A DNA stretch of 64,000 bases from Dethiobacter sp. Its GTDB lineage: Bacteria; Bacillota; Dethiobacteria; DTU022; UBA8154. Under the pieces are notes generated by a model. It had not been told where the DNA came from. It ran no database searches and worked only from the letters and a program-made list of their open reading frames with translations. This document shows positions 20,556-30,524 of this stretch, piece by piece (the stretch's first letter is position 1; every line of letters starts with the position of its first letter). The translations under genes and the position numbers were made by a program. Where the stretch lies: the NCBI GenBank assembly GCA_003605065.1, contig QZJM01000063.1, positions 12,485 through 76,484 of the forward strand. Direction: 5' to 3'.

Positions 20556-21818
20556 ATGAGTACGAATATAGAAGAAAAAGGATTGTTAACCTCCTTTCGT
20601 GTGCTTGATTTGTCAAATGAACGGGGATTTTTATGCGGGAAAATACTGGGTGATTTGGGAGCGGATGTCATCAAAATTGAAAAGCCCGGCGGTGATCCTG
20701 CCCGTAATATAGGTCCTTTTTTTGAAGATAAGCCTGATCCCGAGAAAAGCCTGTACTGGTTCGCTTATAACAATAATAAGCGTGGTATTACCCTCAACCT
20801 GGAAACTGAAAGCGGCAGGGATATCTTTTGCCGCCTGGTAAAAACTGCTGATTTTCTCATAGAATCTTTTAGCCCGGGTTACATGGAAAGCCTGGGGCTG
20901 GGCTATGAACGAATAAGCCGGGTTAATCCCCAACTGGTAATGACCTCCATTACACCTTTTGGGCAAACAGGGCCTTACAGCCAGTACAAAGCTTCCGACC
21001 TGGAAATTATGGCTATGAGCGGTTTGATGTCATTATTGGGTTATCCGGACAGGCCGCCTGTACGTGTAACTGTACCCCAGTCCTACATGTGGACCGGAAT
21101 GCAGGCCGCATCCGGCACTTTGCTGGCCCATTATTACCGCGGCCGGACCGGCAAAGGCCAGCATGTGGATGTTTCAGCCCAGGCCAGTATACTCTGCGCC
21201 CTGGCCCATGCTCCTACTTTTTGGGATGTAAACGAGGTGCTTACGGTTCGGGAGGGCCCCATAATGAGCGGGCGCAGCGTTAAAGGTGCCAAGATGCGCT
21301 GTATCTTTCCCTGTAAGGACGGCTTTATTAACTTTATTGTTTATGGCGGCCCGGCAGGGATTACTACTAACAAGGCCCTTACCGAATGGATGGATTCGGA
21401 AGGAATGGCTACGGAATATCTCAAGAATAAAGATTGGGACAGTTTTGATATCGCTACGGTGACGCAGGAAGAAATTGACCAGATCGAAGGGCCCACTGCT
21501 GAATTTTTGAAGACCAAGACCAAGAAGGAGTTTTTTGAAGAGGCCATCAAGAGGCGTATGTTAGGTTATCCTGTTACTACTGCCGAGGAGATTTTAGCAG
21601 ATCCCCAGTTGTATGCCCGTGATTACTGGCAAAAGGTAGCACATCCGGAGCTGGATCAGGAAATCACTTACCCGGGCGGTTTTGGTAAATTTTCTCTTTC
21701 TCCCTGCCGTATTTGGCGCAGGGCGCCCCTTATCGGCGAACATAACGAGGAGATTTACGGAGAATTAGGTTTAAATGGTAATGACCTGCTTATGCTAAAG
21801 CAGGCCGGTATAATTTGA
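20556..21818 (+). CDS. Class III CoA-transferase subunit (CaiB/BaiF family)
   Basis: RVLDLS, LGADVIKIEKPGGDPAR, NNNKRGITLNL, APLIGEHN. Confidence 0.9.
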   Translation: MSTNIEEKGLLTSFRVLDLSNERGFLCGKILGDLGADVIKIEKPGGDPARNIGPFFEDKPDPEKSLYWFAYNNNKRGITLNLETESGRDIFCRLVKTADFLIESFSPGYMESLGLGYERISRVNPQLVMTSITPFGQTGPYSQYKASDLEIMAMSGLMSLLGYPDRPPVRVTVPQSYMWTGMQAASGTLLAHYYRGRTGKGQHVDVSAQASILCALAHAPTFWDVNEVLTVREGPIMSGRSVKGAKMRCIFPCKDGFINFIVYGGPAGITTNKALTEWMDSEGMATEYLKNKDWDSFDIATVTQEEIDQIEGPTAEFLKTKTKKEFFEEAIKRRMLGYPVTTAEEILADPQLYARDYWQKVAHPELDQEITYPGGFGKFSLSPCRIWRRAPLIGEHNEEIYGELGLNGNDLLMLKQAGII

Positions 21819-21856
21819 TCAGTTGTTAAGAAACAGGCCCCTAGGAGGTAAAAGAG

Positions 21857-23074
21857 ATGAACAAACGGGTATTTGAGGAGATAAAAGTAGCAGAATTTGG
21901 AGGTTTTGCCGCTGGCCCGGGTGTGGGGAAAATGATGGCGGACTTTGGGGCGGAGGTAGTTCGCGTAGAATCGTTTGCACGCCCTGACGGCTTCAGATCC
22001 CATTATCCGCCTTATACGGATAACGAGCCCGGCTTAAACCGTTCCGGTTGTTTTGCCATTCATAACAATAATAAATATGATATAACTTTGAACTTAAAAA
22101 CGGAGGGCGCATTAGAGGCTGCCAAAAAGGTTATCGCCTGGGCTGACGTTGTTATAGAGAACTTTACGCCAGGGACCATGAGCAGGCTGGGTTTGGGATA
22201 TGAAACCCTGTCTAAAGATAAACCTGATTTAATTATGCTCGGCTCATGCAACCAGGGTCAGACCGGGCCCCATGCCGAACACCCGGGTTTCGGCTCACAT
22301 TTGACTTCATTAAGCGGTTTTACCCACCTGACCGGTTACCCCGATGCCCCGCCGGTAATTCTTTATGGCCCTTATATCGATTATATCGGGGTTGGCTATG
22401 GCATGATTGCCATAGCAGCGGCCCTGGATTACCGCCGGCGCACAGGTAAAGGACAATACATTGACCTTGCCCAGTACGAGGGGGGACTGCAATTCGTCGC
22501 CCCGGTTTTACTGGATTATCTTATTAATGGCAGGATTACTTCCCGCATGGGAAATCGCAATCCTTATGCTGCTCCCCACGGGGCGTACCCCTGCCTGGGC
22601 GAAGACCGCTGGTGTGTCATCAGTGTTTTTAGCGACGAGGAGTGGCAGCAGTTGATAAAGACTATGGGTTATCCTCATTGGGCCAAAGAGTCCAGGTTTG
22701 CCACCTTACTGGGGCGTAAAGAAAACGAAGATGAATTAGACAGCCTTATAGGACAGTGGACATCTGGCTTTACTGCGGAGCAGCTCATGGAAAGGTTACA
22801 GGCGGTAGGTGTACGTGCTGCCGTAGTTAATAACATGAAAGATATTTATACTGATCCCCAGTTGAAACATCGTCATATCTGGCGGGAATTGGAACATGTG
22901 GAGATGGGCCGCTTTAACTACCAGGCGCCTGCCTTCAACCTTTCGGAAACGCCGGCCGAAATTGACCGCCCCAGTCCCTGTATAGGTGAACATAACCATT
23001 TCTTTTTTACCCGTATATTGGGGTACTCAGAGGAAGAATATAAGACCATGCTGGAGCAAAAGGTCATTGCCTAA
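21857..23074 (+). CDS. Class III CoA-transferase subunit (CaiB/BaiF family), likely catalytic
   Basis: FGAEVVRVES, VIENFTPG, YIDY (catalytic Asp region), GQYIDLAQ, SPCIGEHN. Confidence 0.9.
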   Translation: MNKRVFEEIKVAEFGGFAAGPGVGKMMADFGAEVVRVESFARPDGFRSHYPPYTDNEPGLNRSGCFAIHNNNKYDITLNLKTEGALEAAKKVIAWADVVIENFTPGTMSRLGLGYETLSKDKPDLIMLGSCNQGQTGPHAEHPGFGSHLTSLSGFTHLTGYPDAPPVILYGPYIDYIGVGYGMIAIAAALDYRRRTGKGQYIDLAQYEGGLQFVAPVLLDYLINGRITSRMGNRNPYAAPHGAYPCLGEDRWCVISVFSDEEWQQLIKTMGYPHWAKESRFATLLGRKENEDELDSLIGQWTSGFTAEQLMERLQAVGVRAAVVNNMKDIYTDPQLKHRHIWRELEHVEMGRFNYQAPAFNLSETPAEIDRPSPCIGEHNHFFFTRILGYSEEEYKTMLEQKVIA

Positions 23075-23106
23075 AGCACAAGTGTAGTACCTGAGGAGGA
23101 AATGAT

Positions 23107-24243
23107 ATGAAGTTATTTGAGTACATGGGTAAGGAAATATTTTCCCGCTACGGTATCCCTGTCCCCAGGGGGAAAGTTGTATCTGATTCCCGGGATGCTG
23201 TAGAAACAGCATCTGAGCTGGGCCAGGTGGTTTTGAAATCACAGGTGCTAAGCGGTAAAAGAGGAAAAGCGGGAGGCATAAAATTTCCGGCGACTTCTGA
23301 AGAAGTTATCACTTTTTCCAGTCAGCTACTCGGGTCCGACCTGCGGGGAGTAAAGGTAGAAAAATTGCTGGTAGAAGAAAAGCTGAATATCCAGCAGGAA
23401 ATCTACCTGGCCTTAACTGTGGACGGTTCACTGCGGGTTCCTGTGATATTGGCATCGTCCCAGGGGGGAATGGATATCGAGGAAGTGCCGGAGGAAAAAA
23501 TTATTAAGCAGCCGGTGAGCTTGAAAACAGGTGTCATGCCCTATATGGGGCGGGAGCTTGCGCGCCGGCTGGGATTTCAAGGTAAAGCCCTTTCACAGTT
23601 TGCTGAAATTGTAGTAAAGCTTTATCGTGTTTTTACGGAAATAGATGCCGAACTCGTAGAGATCAACCCGCTGTTTCTTTGTGACAAAGGTTTTGTCGCC
23701 GGTGATGCCAAGATAACCCTGGATGATGAAGCAGCTTTTCGCCGGCAGGAATTCCCGCGGGTAAAAGAAGGCAGCCCCCTGGAAGAGCGGGCTAAAAGTA
23801 TCGGGCTTTCCTATGTAGAACTCGATGGTGATATCGCTGTTATGGCTAACGGTGCCGGCATTACCATGGCTACACTGGATATGATCCAATATTTTGGCGG
23901 CCAGCCTGCAAATTTCCTTGACGCCGGGGGCGGTGCCAATGTGGAACAGACCTCCAAAGCCCTGGAGATACTCCTGGCCACCAACCCTAAAGTTGTTTTT
24001 ATTAATATTTTTGGCGGTATTACCCGTTGCGATGATGTGGCCAATGCTTTTGTCCAGGTAAAGAATATGCAGGAGATTACTGTTCCGGTAGTCATCCGTA
24101 TGAGCGGCACCAATGAGCAGCAGGGTCTGAAGATACTGGAAGAGAATGGTATTGGGGCCTGCCGCGATATGCAGGAAGCAGCAAAAAAAGCTGTGGAACT
24201 GGTTAAAGGAGGAGACTGTGATGGCTATCTATGTTGCTCATAA
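23107..24243 (+). CDS. sucC: Succinyl-CoA synthetase beta subunit
   Basis: MKLFEY, GKRGKAGGI, EINPL, NGAGITMAT, PANFLDAGGGA, NIFGGITRCD. Confidence 0.9.
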   Translation: MKLFEYMGKEIFSRYGIPVPRGKVVSDSRDAVETASELGQVVLKSQVLSGKRGKAGGIKFPATSEEVITFSSQLLGSDLRGVKVEKLLVEEKLNIQQEIYLALTVDGSLRVPVILASSQGGMDIEEVPEEKIIKQPVSLKTGVMPYMGRELARRLGFQGKALSQFAEIVVKLYRVFTEIDAELVEINPLFLCDKGFVAGDAKITLDDEAAFRRQEFPRVKEGSPLEERAKSIGLSYVELDGDIAVMANGAGITMATLDMIQYFGGQPANFLDAGGGANVEQTSKALEILLATNPKVVFINIFGGITRCDDVANAFVQVKNMQEITVPVVIRMSGTNEQQGLKILEENGIGACRDMQEAAKKAVELVKGGDCDGYLCCS

Positions 24244-25090
24244 TGCGCAGGTAGTGGTGCAGGGAATTACCGGGAACCAGGGAAATTTTCATACACGCCA
24301 GATGCTGGCCTTTGGCACTCAAATTGTGGCCGGGGTTTCTCCGGGAAAAGGCGGTCAGCTGGTTGAAGGGATCCCTGTTTACGATACCGTAGCCGCAGCT
24401 TATGAAAAACACCAAATTGATGCCACAGCCATATATATTCCTGCTCCTTTTGCCCTGGATGCGGTCATGGAAGCGGTGGACGCCGGAGTAAAGGTTGTGG
24501 GCTGTATTACGGAACATATTCCCCTGCATGATGAGATGAAACTGGTGGATTATGCCCGTCAGAAAGGATCGGTCGTAGTAGGGCCAAATACCTTTGGCAT
24601 AGTTACTTCCCGCGGCTGTAAGATTGGTGTCGCCCCCAGCCATGTATTCAGGGATGGCCCCGTGGGCGTAATTTCCCGAAGCGGTACCCTTACCTATGAA
24701 ATTGTCGGCAATATGCTGGCACATGGCATCGGGACCAGTACAGTGGTAGGGCTGGGGGGTGACAGGGTTACAGGGCTTAATTTTGTGGAGGTGTTAAAGG
24801 AATTTTTCCTCGATGATGAAACTAAAGCTATCGTTATGATCGGTGAGATCGGTGGTACGGCGGAAGAGGAAGCGGCAGAATTTATCAAGGCCAACCCTGT
24901 AAAACCTGTCATCTCTTACCTGGCCGGTAAAAGTGCCCCACCCGGTAAGCGTATGGGGCATGCCGGAGCGATCATTGAAAGGGGTAAAGGCACCTTTGAA
25001 AACAAGGTAAACGCTTTAAAGGCAGCAAATGTGCAGGTGGCCGTACTCCCTTTTGAAGTCCTGGATTTAGTAAAAAAGGTGTTAAAATAG
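24221..25090 (+). CDS. sucD: Succinyl-CoA synthetase alpha subunit
   Basis: QGITG, GPNTFG, SRSGTLTYE, GEIGG, RMGHAGA; ATG 24221 after GGAGG; ends TAG. Confidence 0.92.
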   Translation: MAIYVAHNAQVVVQGITGNQGNFHTRQMLAFGTQIVAGVSPGKGGQLVEGIPVYDTVAAAYEKHQIDATAIYIPAPFALDAVMEAVDAGVKVVGCITEHIPLHDEMKLVDYARQKGSVVVGPNTFGIVTSRGCKIGVAPSHVFRDGPVGVISRSGTLTYEIVGNMLAHGIGTSTVVGLGGDRVTGLNFVEVLKEFFLDDETKAIVMIGEIGGTAEEEAAEFIKANPVKPVISYLAGKSAPPGKRMGHAGAIIERGKGTFENKVNALKAANVQVAVLPFEVLDLVKKVLK

Positions 25091-25339
25091 ACAACCCTGG
25101 TAAGATTTTCCCCCGCGGATTTCGATTTCTTTAAGGTTTTTAATATAAAACATATTGCCATTAGTCAGGACATTTCGACTTCGGTTGTGACACGCACATT
25201 ATAGCTGCTGCAAAGTGCCGGAATAATCGAATATCATTCCTTGGGTCCCAAAGGCAGCATTATCAGGATTACTAATTCATATCTCCTTAACAACCTGGGC
25301 ACCTTTGCTCAGCAAGTATCTACAACACCCCATAAATGA
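25091..25339 (+). pseudogene. CodY C-terminal winged-HTH-like fragment with in-frame TAG
   Basis: ISTSVVTRTL*LLQSAGIIEYHSLGPKGSIIRITN resembles CodY [35 protein letters not shown]; TAG at 25202-25204; no own start codon. Confidence 0.7.
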
Positions 25340-25752
25340 AGAAAGAGTATAAACGTGTAATCATGCATAAAGGAGGCAATTACAATTTCCTTAAAAAATT
25401 TATATTATTGACCTGTTCAAGGGGGTGCATGGATTGACAGAAGATTTACACAAGGTTAATAGAGGAGGGATTAGATGACAGAGTAGCTTGGGAGCGTAAT
25501 TATATAAGCTGAGGCTTTATGTTAGGGAACTTATATAGTTATTAAATTTAATTATAAACATGATGTTCTAGTTAAAGCTTGTAGGCAGAGTAGTACTAAA
25601 GCGAGATTTATATCAATGCCAGAGTTGTGGCCCTCGGAGGAGAAGATTGTTAAATGGCTGGTGAACCTAACACAGGTGTAATGTATTACATGGGCCGGAA
25701 GATGGTTACGTCAGAGGGTTGTAAAACAATAAGATAGGGGGTTGAATAAGGT

Positions 25753-26817
25753 ATGTTGAAATTAGGTAAATTAGCTATTATTGGAGTAACTCTAAGTATT
25801 CTACTTCTAATGGTTACCTCCTGTGGAGGTAACATCACCCAAAATGAACCAGGGTCTAGCGGGCAGGCGGGAAGTATTGATGTGTCTCAAGGTAGCGGAG
25901 AAAAAAGCGGCCCGTGGGAGGTTACTATTCTGGGCGGTTCAGTAGGCGGTGTGTGGGCGGCTATCACCGAAGGGGTGGCTGAGAGCGTGCGGCGTACTGC
26001 ACCGCCCGGTTCCAATATTACGGCTGAACCTGGTAAGGATGGCCCCAACAGTATAATGGTGGCTAAGAAAGAGGCCGAGTTAGCTATTTCTTATTCGCCT
26101 ACAGCATACACAGCATTAAAAGGAATTGATCCCTATCAGGAGGCTTACCCCGGCATTCGGGCGGTGGCCGTTCTAAATCCTAATTCTACGTTTCATTTTT
26201 TGGTTTTAAAGAATACAGGGCTGACTTCTATTGAAGACCTCAAGGCTAAAAAGTATCCACTACGTATTTCGGTTAATAAACAAGGCTCCACTATGGAACT
26301 GGTTTCCAAGGCTGTGCTCAAGGCTTACGGGATAAGTTACCAAGATATTGAAAGTTGGGGCGGCAAGGTCTATTTTCTATCCACTAAGGAGACCATGGAA
26401 GCCATTGATAACGGGCAGGTTCAGGCTCACTCTATTACTGGAGAACACCCAGTTTCACACTTTGTAGAAGCGGCGATGAGGCGAGAATTTGCTCTTTTGC
26501 CAATTAGTTCGGAAGCAATAAATAAGGTCAATCAAGAACTGGGGACCCGTGCGGGGATTATCCCGGGTGGCACCTATTCTTTTGCCCCCGAAGACGTCCC
26601 TACTTGTGCCGCATCCCTGTTACTGGTTACCGGAGCCGAACAGCCAGAAGATTTTATTTATAACATAACCAAGGCCCTGAACGATAACCTGGATTACCTG
26701 CGTACAGTTCATGCTATCTTGAAGGATATAAATCCAAAAACCATGGCAGATACCTCGCCTATTCCACTGCATCCCGGGGCGGAAAAGTACTACAAAGAAA
26801 TTGGAGCCCTGAAATAA
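25753..26817 (+). CDS. TAXI-family TRAP transporter solute-binding lipoprotein
   Basis: Lipobox VTSC, GGSVGGVW, C-terminal PIPLHPGAEKYYKEIG. Confidence 0.9.
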   Translation: MLKLGKLAIIGVTLSILLLMVTSCGGNITQNEPGSSGQAGSIDVSQGSGEKSGPWEVTILGGSVGGVWAAITEGVAESVRRTAPPGSNITAEPGKDGPNSIMVAKKEAELAISYSPTAYTALKGIDPYQEAYPGIRAVAVLNPNSTFHFLVLKNTGLTSIEDLKAKKYPLRISVNKQGSTMELVSKAVLKAYGISYQDIESWGGKVYFLSTKETMEAIDNGQVQAHSITGEHPVSHFVEAAMRREFALLPISSEAINKVNQELGTRAGIIPGGTYSFAPEDVPTCAASLLLVTGAEQPEDFIYNITKALNDNLDYLRTVHAILKDINPKTMADTSPIPLHPGAEKYYKEIGALK

Positions 26818-26841
26818 CTATTTGTTAAGAAGGTTCGAAAC

Positions 26842-26882
26842 GGGTACCTGCTTTTGGTCTTATATGACAAGAGCAGGTACCC
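26842..26882 (+). terminator. Strong hairpin after TAXI gene (terminator or mRNA-stabilising stem)
   Basis: GGGTACCTGCTTTTG...CAAGAGCAGGTACCC. Confidence 0.5.
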
Positions 26883-27183
26883 TTGGGGGTGATAATACAT
26901 ACAGGAATGCTTCGCTTGTGAACGTTCAATTCACAGCAAAGTTTATAAAGGACTTGCATCTGAATCTTCTCTTTAAATCTCCTAAAAATTCGAAAAATAT
27001 TCTGGGAACGATCTACCCAAAAACAGCAGTTATTAACCATAATATGTTATTTTTAACGTCAGCGAAATTTAGGTTGCATTTTCAAAGAAAATTGCTTAAA
27101 AATGGAAAATTTGCTAGTCGTTATTTTTAACCTTAAAAATAATTGTTACAGCGCAAATGGCTTTGTAACAAAGGAGGAGCAAC

Positions 27184-29112
27184 ATGTCTAAATTTTTTCA
27201 GGGTGGGGAACGGCGTAAGTTAACGGGGTGGTGGAAGACCTTAGTTACCTTAATCGGAGTTGCCCTGACCTTCTATGGAATTTGGACAGCTCTATTTGTA
27301 AAGCTGGATCCCTGGCTCCACCGTAGTGTTTTTTTAACCTTCATTCTGATTTTAACTTTCATAGTTTATAGTCCTAGTAAGAGTTCCCAGGAAAAAATGG
27401 GCCCGTCATATGTAGATATATTTTTAGCTGTATTGGGTACGGCAGCCGGTGTTTATTTTGTCTTAAACGCTGAGCGGTTTATTACCCGCTGGCCCCAAGT
27501 GGATCCTTTGAGTTTTATGGACGTGTTTTTCGGGTTGGTCGTATTTTTGATGGTTCTCGAGATTACCCGGCGGACAGTAGGTTTTCCGCTCTTAGTAATC
27601 GTATTGATTTTCCTGGTTTATAGTTTTCTCGGCAAGTACCTTCCTGCCGGGTTTTCCCACCGGGGCATGACCATAGTGCGCTTTGTTGACCAGATGATTT
27701 ATACTCTTGATGGGGTTTTCGGTACGCCAATCGGGGTTACTGCCACCATGGTTTATATGTTCGTTCTTTTTGGCGCTATACTAGATAAATCCGGAGGGTC
27801 CGACTTTTTCTTCAAAATGGCCACGGCCCTGGCTGGACGTTCAGTTGGGGGACCGGCTAAGGTTGCCGTAATCTCCAGTGGGTTGTACGGCAGTATCTCT
27901 GGGAGCCCCACTGCCAATGTGGTAACCACCGGGGCCTTTACCATTCCCTTGATGAAAAGGATCGGTTATTCCCCGGTCTTTGCCGGAGCTGTTGAGGCGG
28001 CAGCCTCTACCGGTGGGGGTATTTTGCCACCGGTTATGGGTTCAGCTGCCTTTCTAATGGTTGAGTTTACTGGCATCTCTTATTTGTCCATCATTATTGC
28101 CGCTGCCATTCCCGGTATTTTATATTACATAGGCATACTTTTACAGGTTCATTTCCGGGCCCTCTCTAAGGATATGCGGCCAATGGAAAGGGAGGATATT
28201 GAATCGCCGGTTACGGTACTAAAAAAGAACTGGTACTTTCTCTTGCCATTTATATTATTGGTCTGGCTGCTGGTTGAGGGTTACACGCCCACCTTTGCTG
28301 GAGCAATTGTTAGTTTCGTCACCATTGCTGTCAGCTGGCTGCGCAAGGAAACCAGGATGGGGCTAGACAAGATTATTGAATCCTTTGAAGAGGCGGCCTT
28401 GAGTATAATTGTTGTGGCCAGCGCTTGTGCAGCTGCTGGGCTGGTTATTGGCGGGATCATGTTTACAGGTCTAGGAAACAAAGCCACCAGCTTGATCTTC
28501 CGTGCAGCCGGAGGGTTTAAGCTAGTGGTTATGTTATTTACAGCAATTGTTTGTATACTACTAGGCATGGGAATGCCTGTGCCTTCGGCGTACGTTTTAA
28601 CCGCTGCGATGGCCGGGCCGGTGTTACTGCAGGTGGGCTTACCCTTATTGCAATCACACTTGTTTATTGTTTATTATGCAACATTGTCGGCAATTACACC
28701 TCCGGTTGCCGTAGCTGCCTTCGCTGCATCAGGTCTGGCTAAGGCAAACCCCAACCAAATCGGTTTTCAGGCCATGCGCCTGGCTTTTGTGGGCTTCTTA
28801 ATACCATTTTTTTTCTCTTTTCAGCCAGCTTTGCTATTGGTAGGGAATGTTGGCGAGATTATATTAGCGTCTCTAACGGCTATTGTGGGCGTTATTGCCC
28901 TCGCTGTAGCCATGGAGGGTTGGTTCCGGAAAGGCATATCAGGATGGGGGCGGCTGATCTTGCTGTTTGCGGGTCTCATCCTTATTTACCCCGGTGTGTT
29001 GACTGATTTGATAGGTTTAGTTTTGGTGGTTCTGGTTTTGGGACCCCAGGTGTTGAGTCGGGGGATCCAGAGACCGGTGGTAGCTAGAAGCAATAAAAAT
29101 GGTTCTGTATAA
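27184..29112 (+). CDS. TRAP transporter fused 4TM/12TM permease
   Basis: GGPAKVAV, GSPTANVVTTG, EAAASTGG..PPVMGS, GMGMP, ITPPVA. Confidence 0.92.
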   Translation: MSKFFQGGERRKLTGWWKTLVTLIGVALTFYGIWTALFVKLDPWLHRSVFLTFILILTFIVYSPSKSSQEKMGPSYVDIFLAVLGTAAGVYFVLNAERFITRWPQVDPLSFMDVFFGLVVFLMVLEITRRTVGFPLLVIVLIFLVYSFLGKYLPAGFSHRGMTIVRFVDQMIYTLDGVFGTPIGVTATMVYMFVLFGAILDKSGGSDFFFKMATALAGRSVGGPAKVAVISSGLYGSISGSPTANVVTTGAFTIPLMKRIGYSPVFAGAVEAAASTGGGILPPVMGSAAFLMVEFTGISYLSIIIAAAIPGILYYIGILLQVHFRALSKDMRPMEREDIESPVTVLKKNWYFLLPFILLVWLLVEGYTPTFAGAIVSFVTIAVSWLRKETRMGLDKIIESFEEAALSIIVVASACAAAGLVIGGIMFTGLGNKATSLIFRAAGGFKLVVMLFTAIVCILLGMGMPVPSAYVLTAAMAGPVLLQVGLPLLQSHLFIVYYATLSAITPPVAVAAFAASGLAKANPNQIGFQAMRLAFVGFLIPFFFSFQPALLLVGNVGEIILASLTAIVGVIALAVAMEGWFRKGISGWGRLILLFAGLILIYPGVLTDLIGLVLVVLVLGPQVLSRGIQRPVVARSNKNGSV

Positions 29113-29372
29113 TATCGCTGTTTTATGAACAGGAAGATTGCCCTATTGACAGAAAAAGAAACAAGATAGATCCTTATACTGCTGACCGCGGCACCAGCAG
29201 GGGATAAGGTGTTCAGAACCGTAATCTTTATGGGTTTCAAATGGGAGATTGTAATGGACATCTATGTGAATGAAAATTCTCAGGTACTATTTATGCTTGA
29301 AGGCATAATAAAACTTAAGAAAATTTCGAGAAGAGGAAAATTTTATTCCAGTGGCGGGGAAAAACAATTTAG

Positions 29373-29585
29373 ATGATTTTCAAACGTGGTTTTGGTCAAA
29401 CCATTGGATTCGGGGAGTATCCGGCCCTAATAGCTATTGATATAATGAAAGCGTTTACTGATGAATCTTATCCCCTTGGTACATGCATGGATGTGGAAAT
29501 ATAACAGGTTTGTCGTTTGCTAAAAACAGCAAGAGAAGTATCCATACCTATTTTTTATCCGATCGTTCAATATGATAAACGAGAT
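29373..29585 (+). pseudogene. Isochorismatase/cysteine hydrolase family N-terminal remnant
   Basis: RGFGQTIGFGEYPALIAIDIMKAFTD...EI*QVCRLLKTAREVSIPIFY; internal TAA at 29502-29504; truncated. Confidence 0.65.
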
Positions 29586-29680
29586 TATTTGTGCGCAGTC
29601 ACTGAACATGATGAAATTTCCTTTACTGGTATTAACTGTGATAGAATACTGGCAAATACCAGGAAGGGAAATGAAAATCG

Positions 29681-30524
29681 ATGCTTACCGAAAAGAGCCT
29701 TTCCCTGGAAGAAGCTCTGGATTTAACCTTAAAGTGCGCTGAGCAGTCCGGTTACGGGGAGGTGACCAGGAAAGGTTTCCGAGGCAATTTATTTACTTTT
29801 ATGAAGTGGTGCTCAGCACAGAACGTTAGCTGCGTAGGCGATATTAACACAGCGCTTCTAAAGCCATATTTTCTGTATCTGAAAGAAAAGCAGCTATCCG
29901 GCTATACCGTGAAAAGCAGGTGTAATAGCCTGCGCTACCTGTTTGGCTGCCTGGAAGAAAAGGGCATTATTCCCGACAACCCCATGAACTATCTCAAGAT
30001 ATGTCCCCGTCTTGGAGAAAAAGCCTGGGACGTACTTACCCTGGAAGATATGGGCCTCCTTTTGAAGGGAGTAGAAAAGCGCTACCAGGATGCTTCAACG
30101 GAATACAAGCGCTCTACTCTCCGGGACAAGCTCATGTTAGAGATGCTTTTGGCTACAGGTATGCGTTCCTGCGAGATTGCCGCGCTGAAAGTCAAAGATG
30201 TGGACCTGGAAAAAGGTACCGTCCGTATCTAGGGCAAGGGCAGCAACTGGTACATCAAGAGAAACCGCTGTACGCACAATCATTCAAAAAATTGCCCGCT
30301 CTGCCGGTTTGGAAAGAAAGGTTACTCCCCTACTGCGCCACAGCTTCTGCTCCTTTTTGATCAACCGGGGAGCCGATGCTTTCAGCGTCCAGCGGCTCAT
30401 GGGGCACTGGCAGGTCCAGACGACGCTGCGTTTCTACCTGCACCTGACCCCCGAGGAAGTGAAAAAAGACTGGCAAAAGTACAGCCCCTTAGCCGACGGG
30501 AAGATGCCTGCTGTGCTGGTTTAA
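29681..30524 (+). pseudogene. Tyrosine recombinase/integrase, disrupted
   Basis: SAM-like N-domain, LATGMRSCE, VRI*GKG with TAG at 30230-30232, then frameshift/deletion to LRHSFCS...LMGH...TTLRFYLH. Confidence 0.8.

Noticed and set aside
26822-27130. DUF1850-type small gene between TAXI and TRAP permease
   Set aside because: ORF lacks an RBS and family motifs and overlaps a hairpin.
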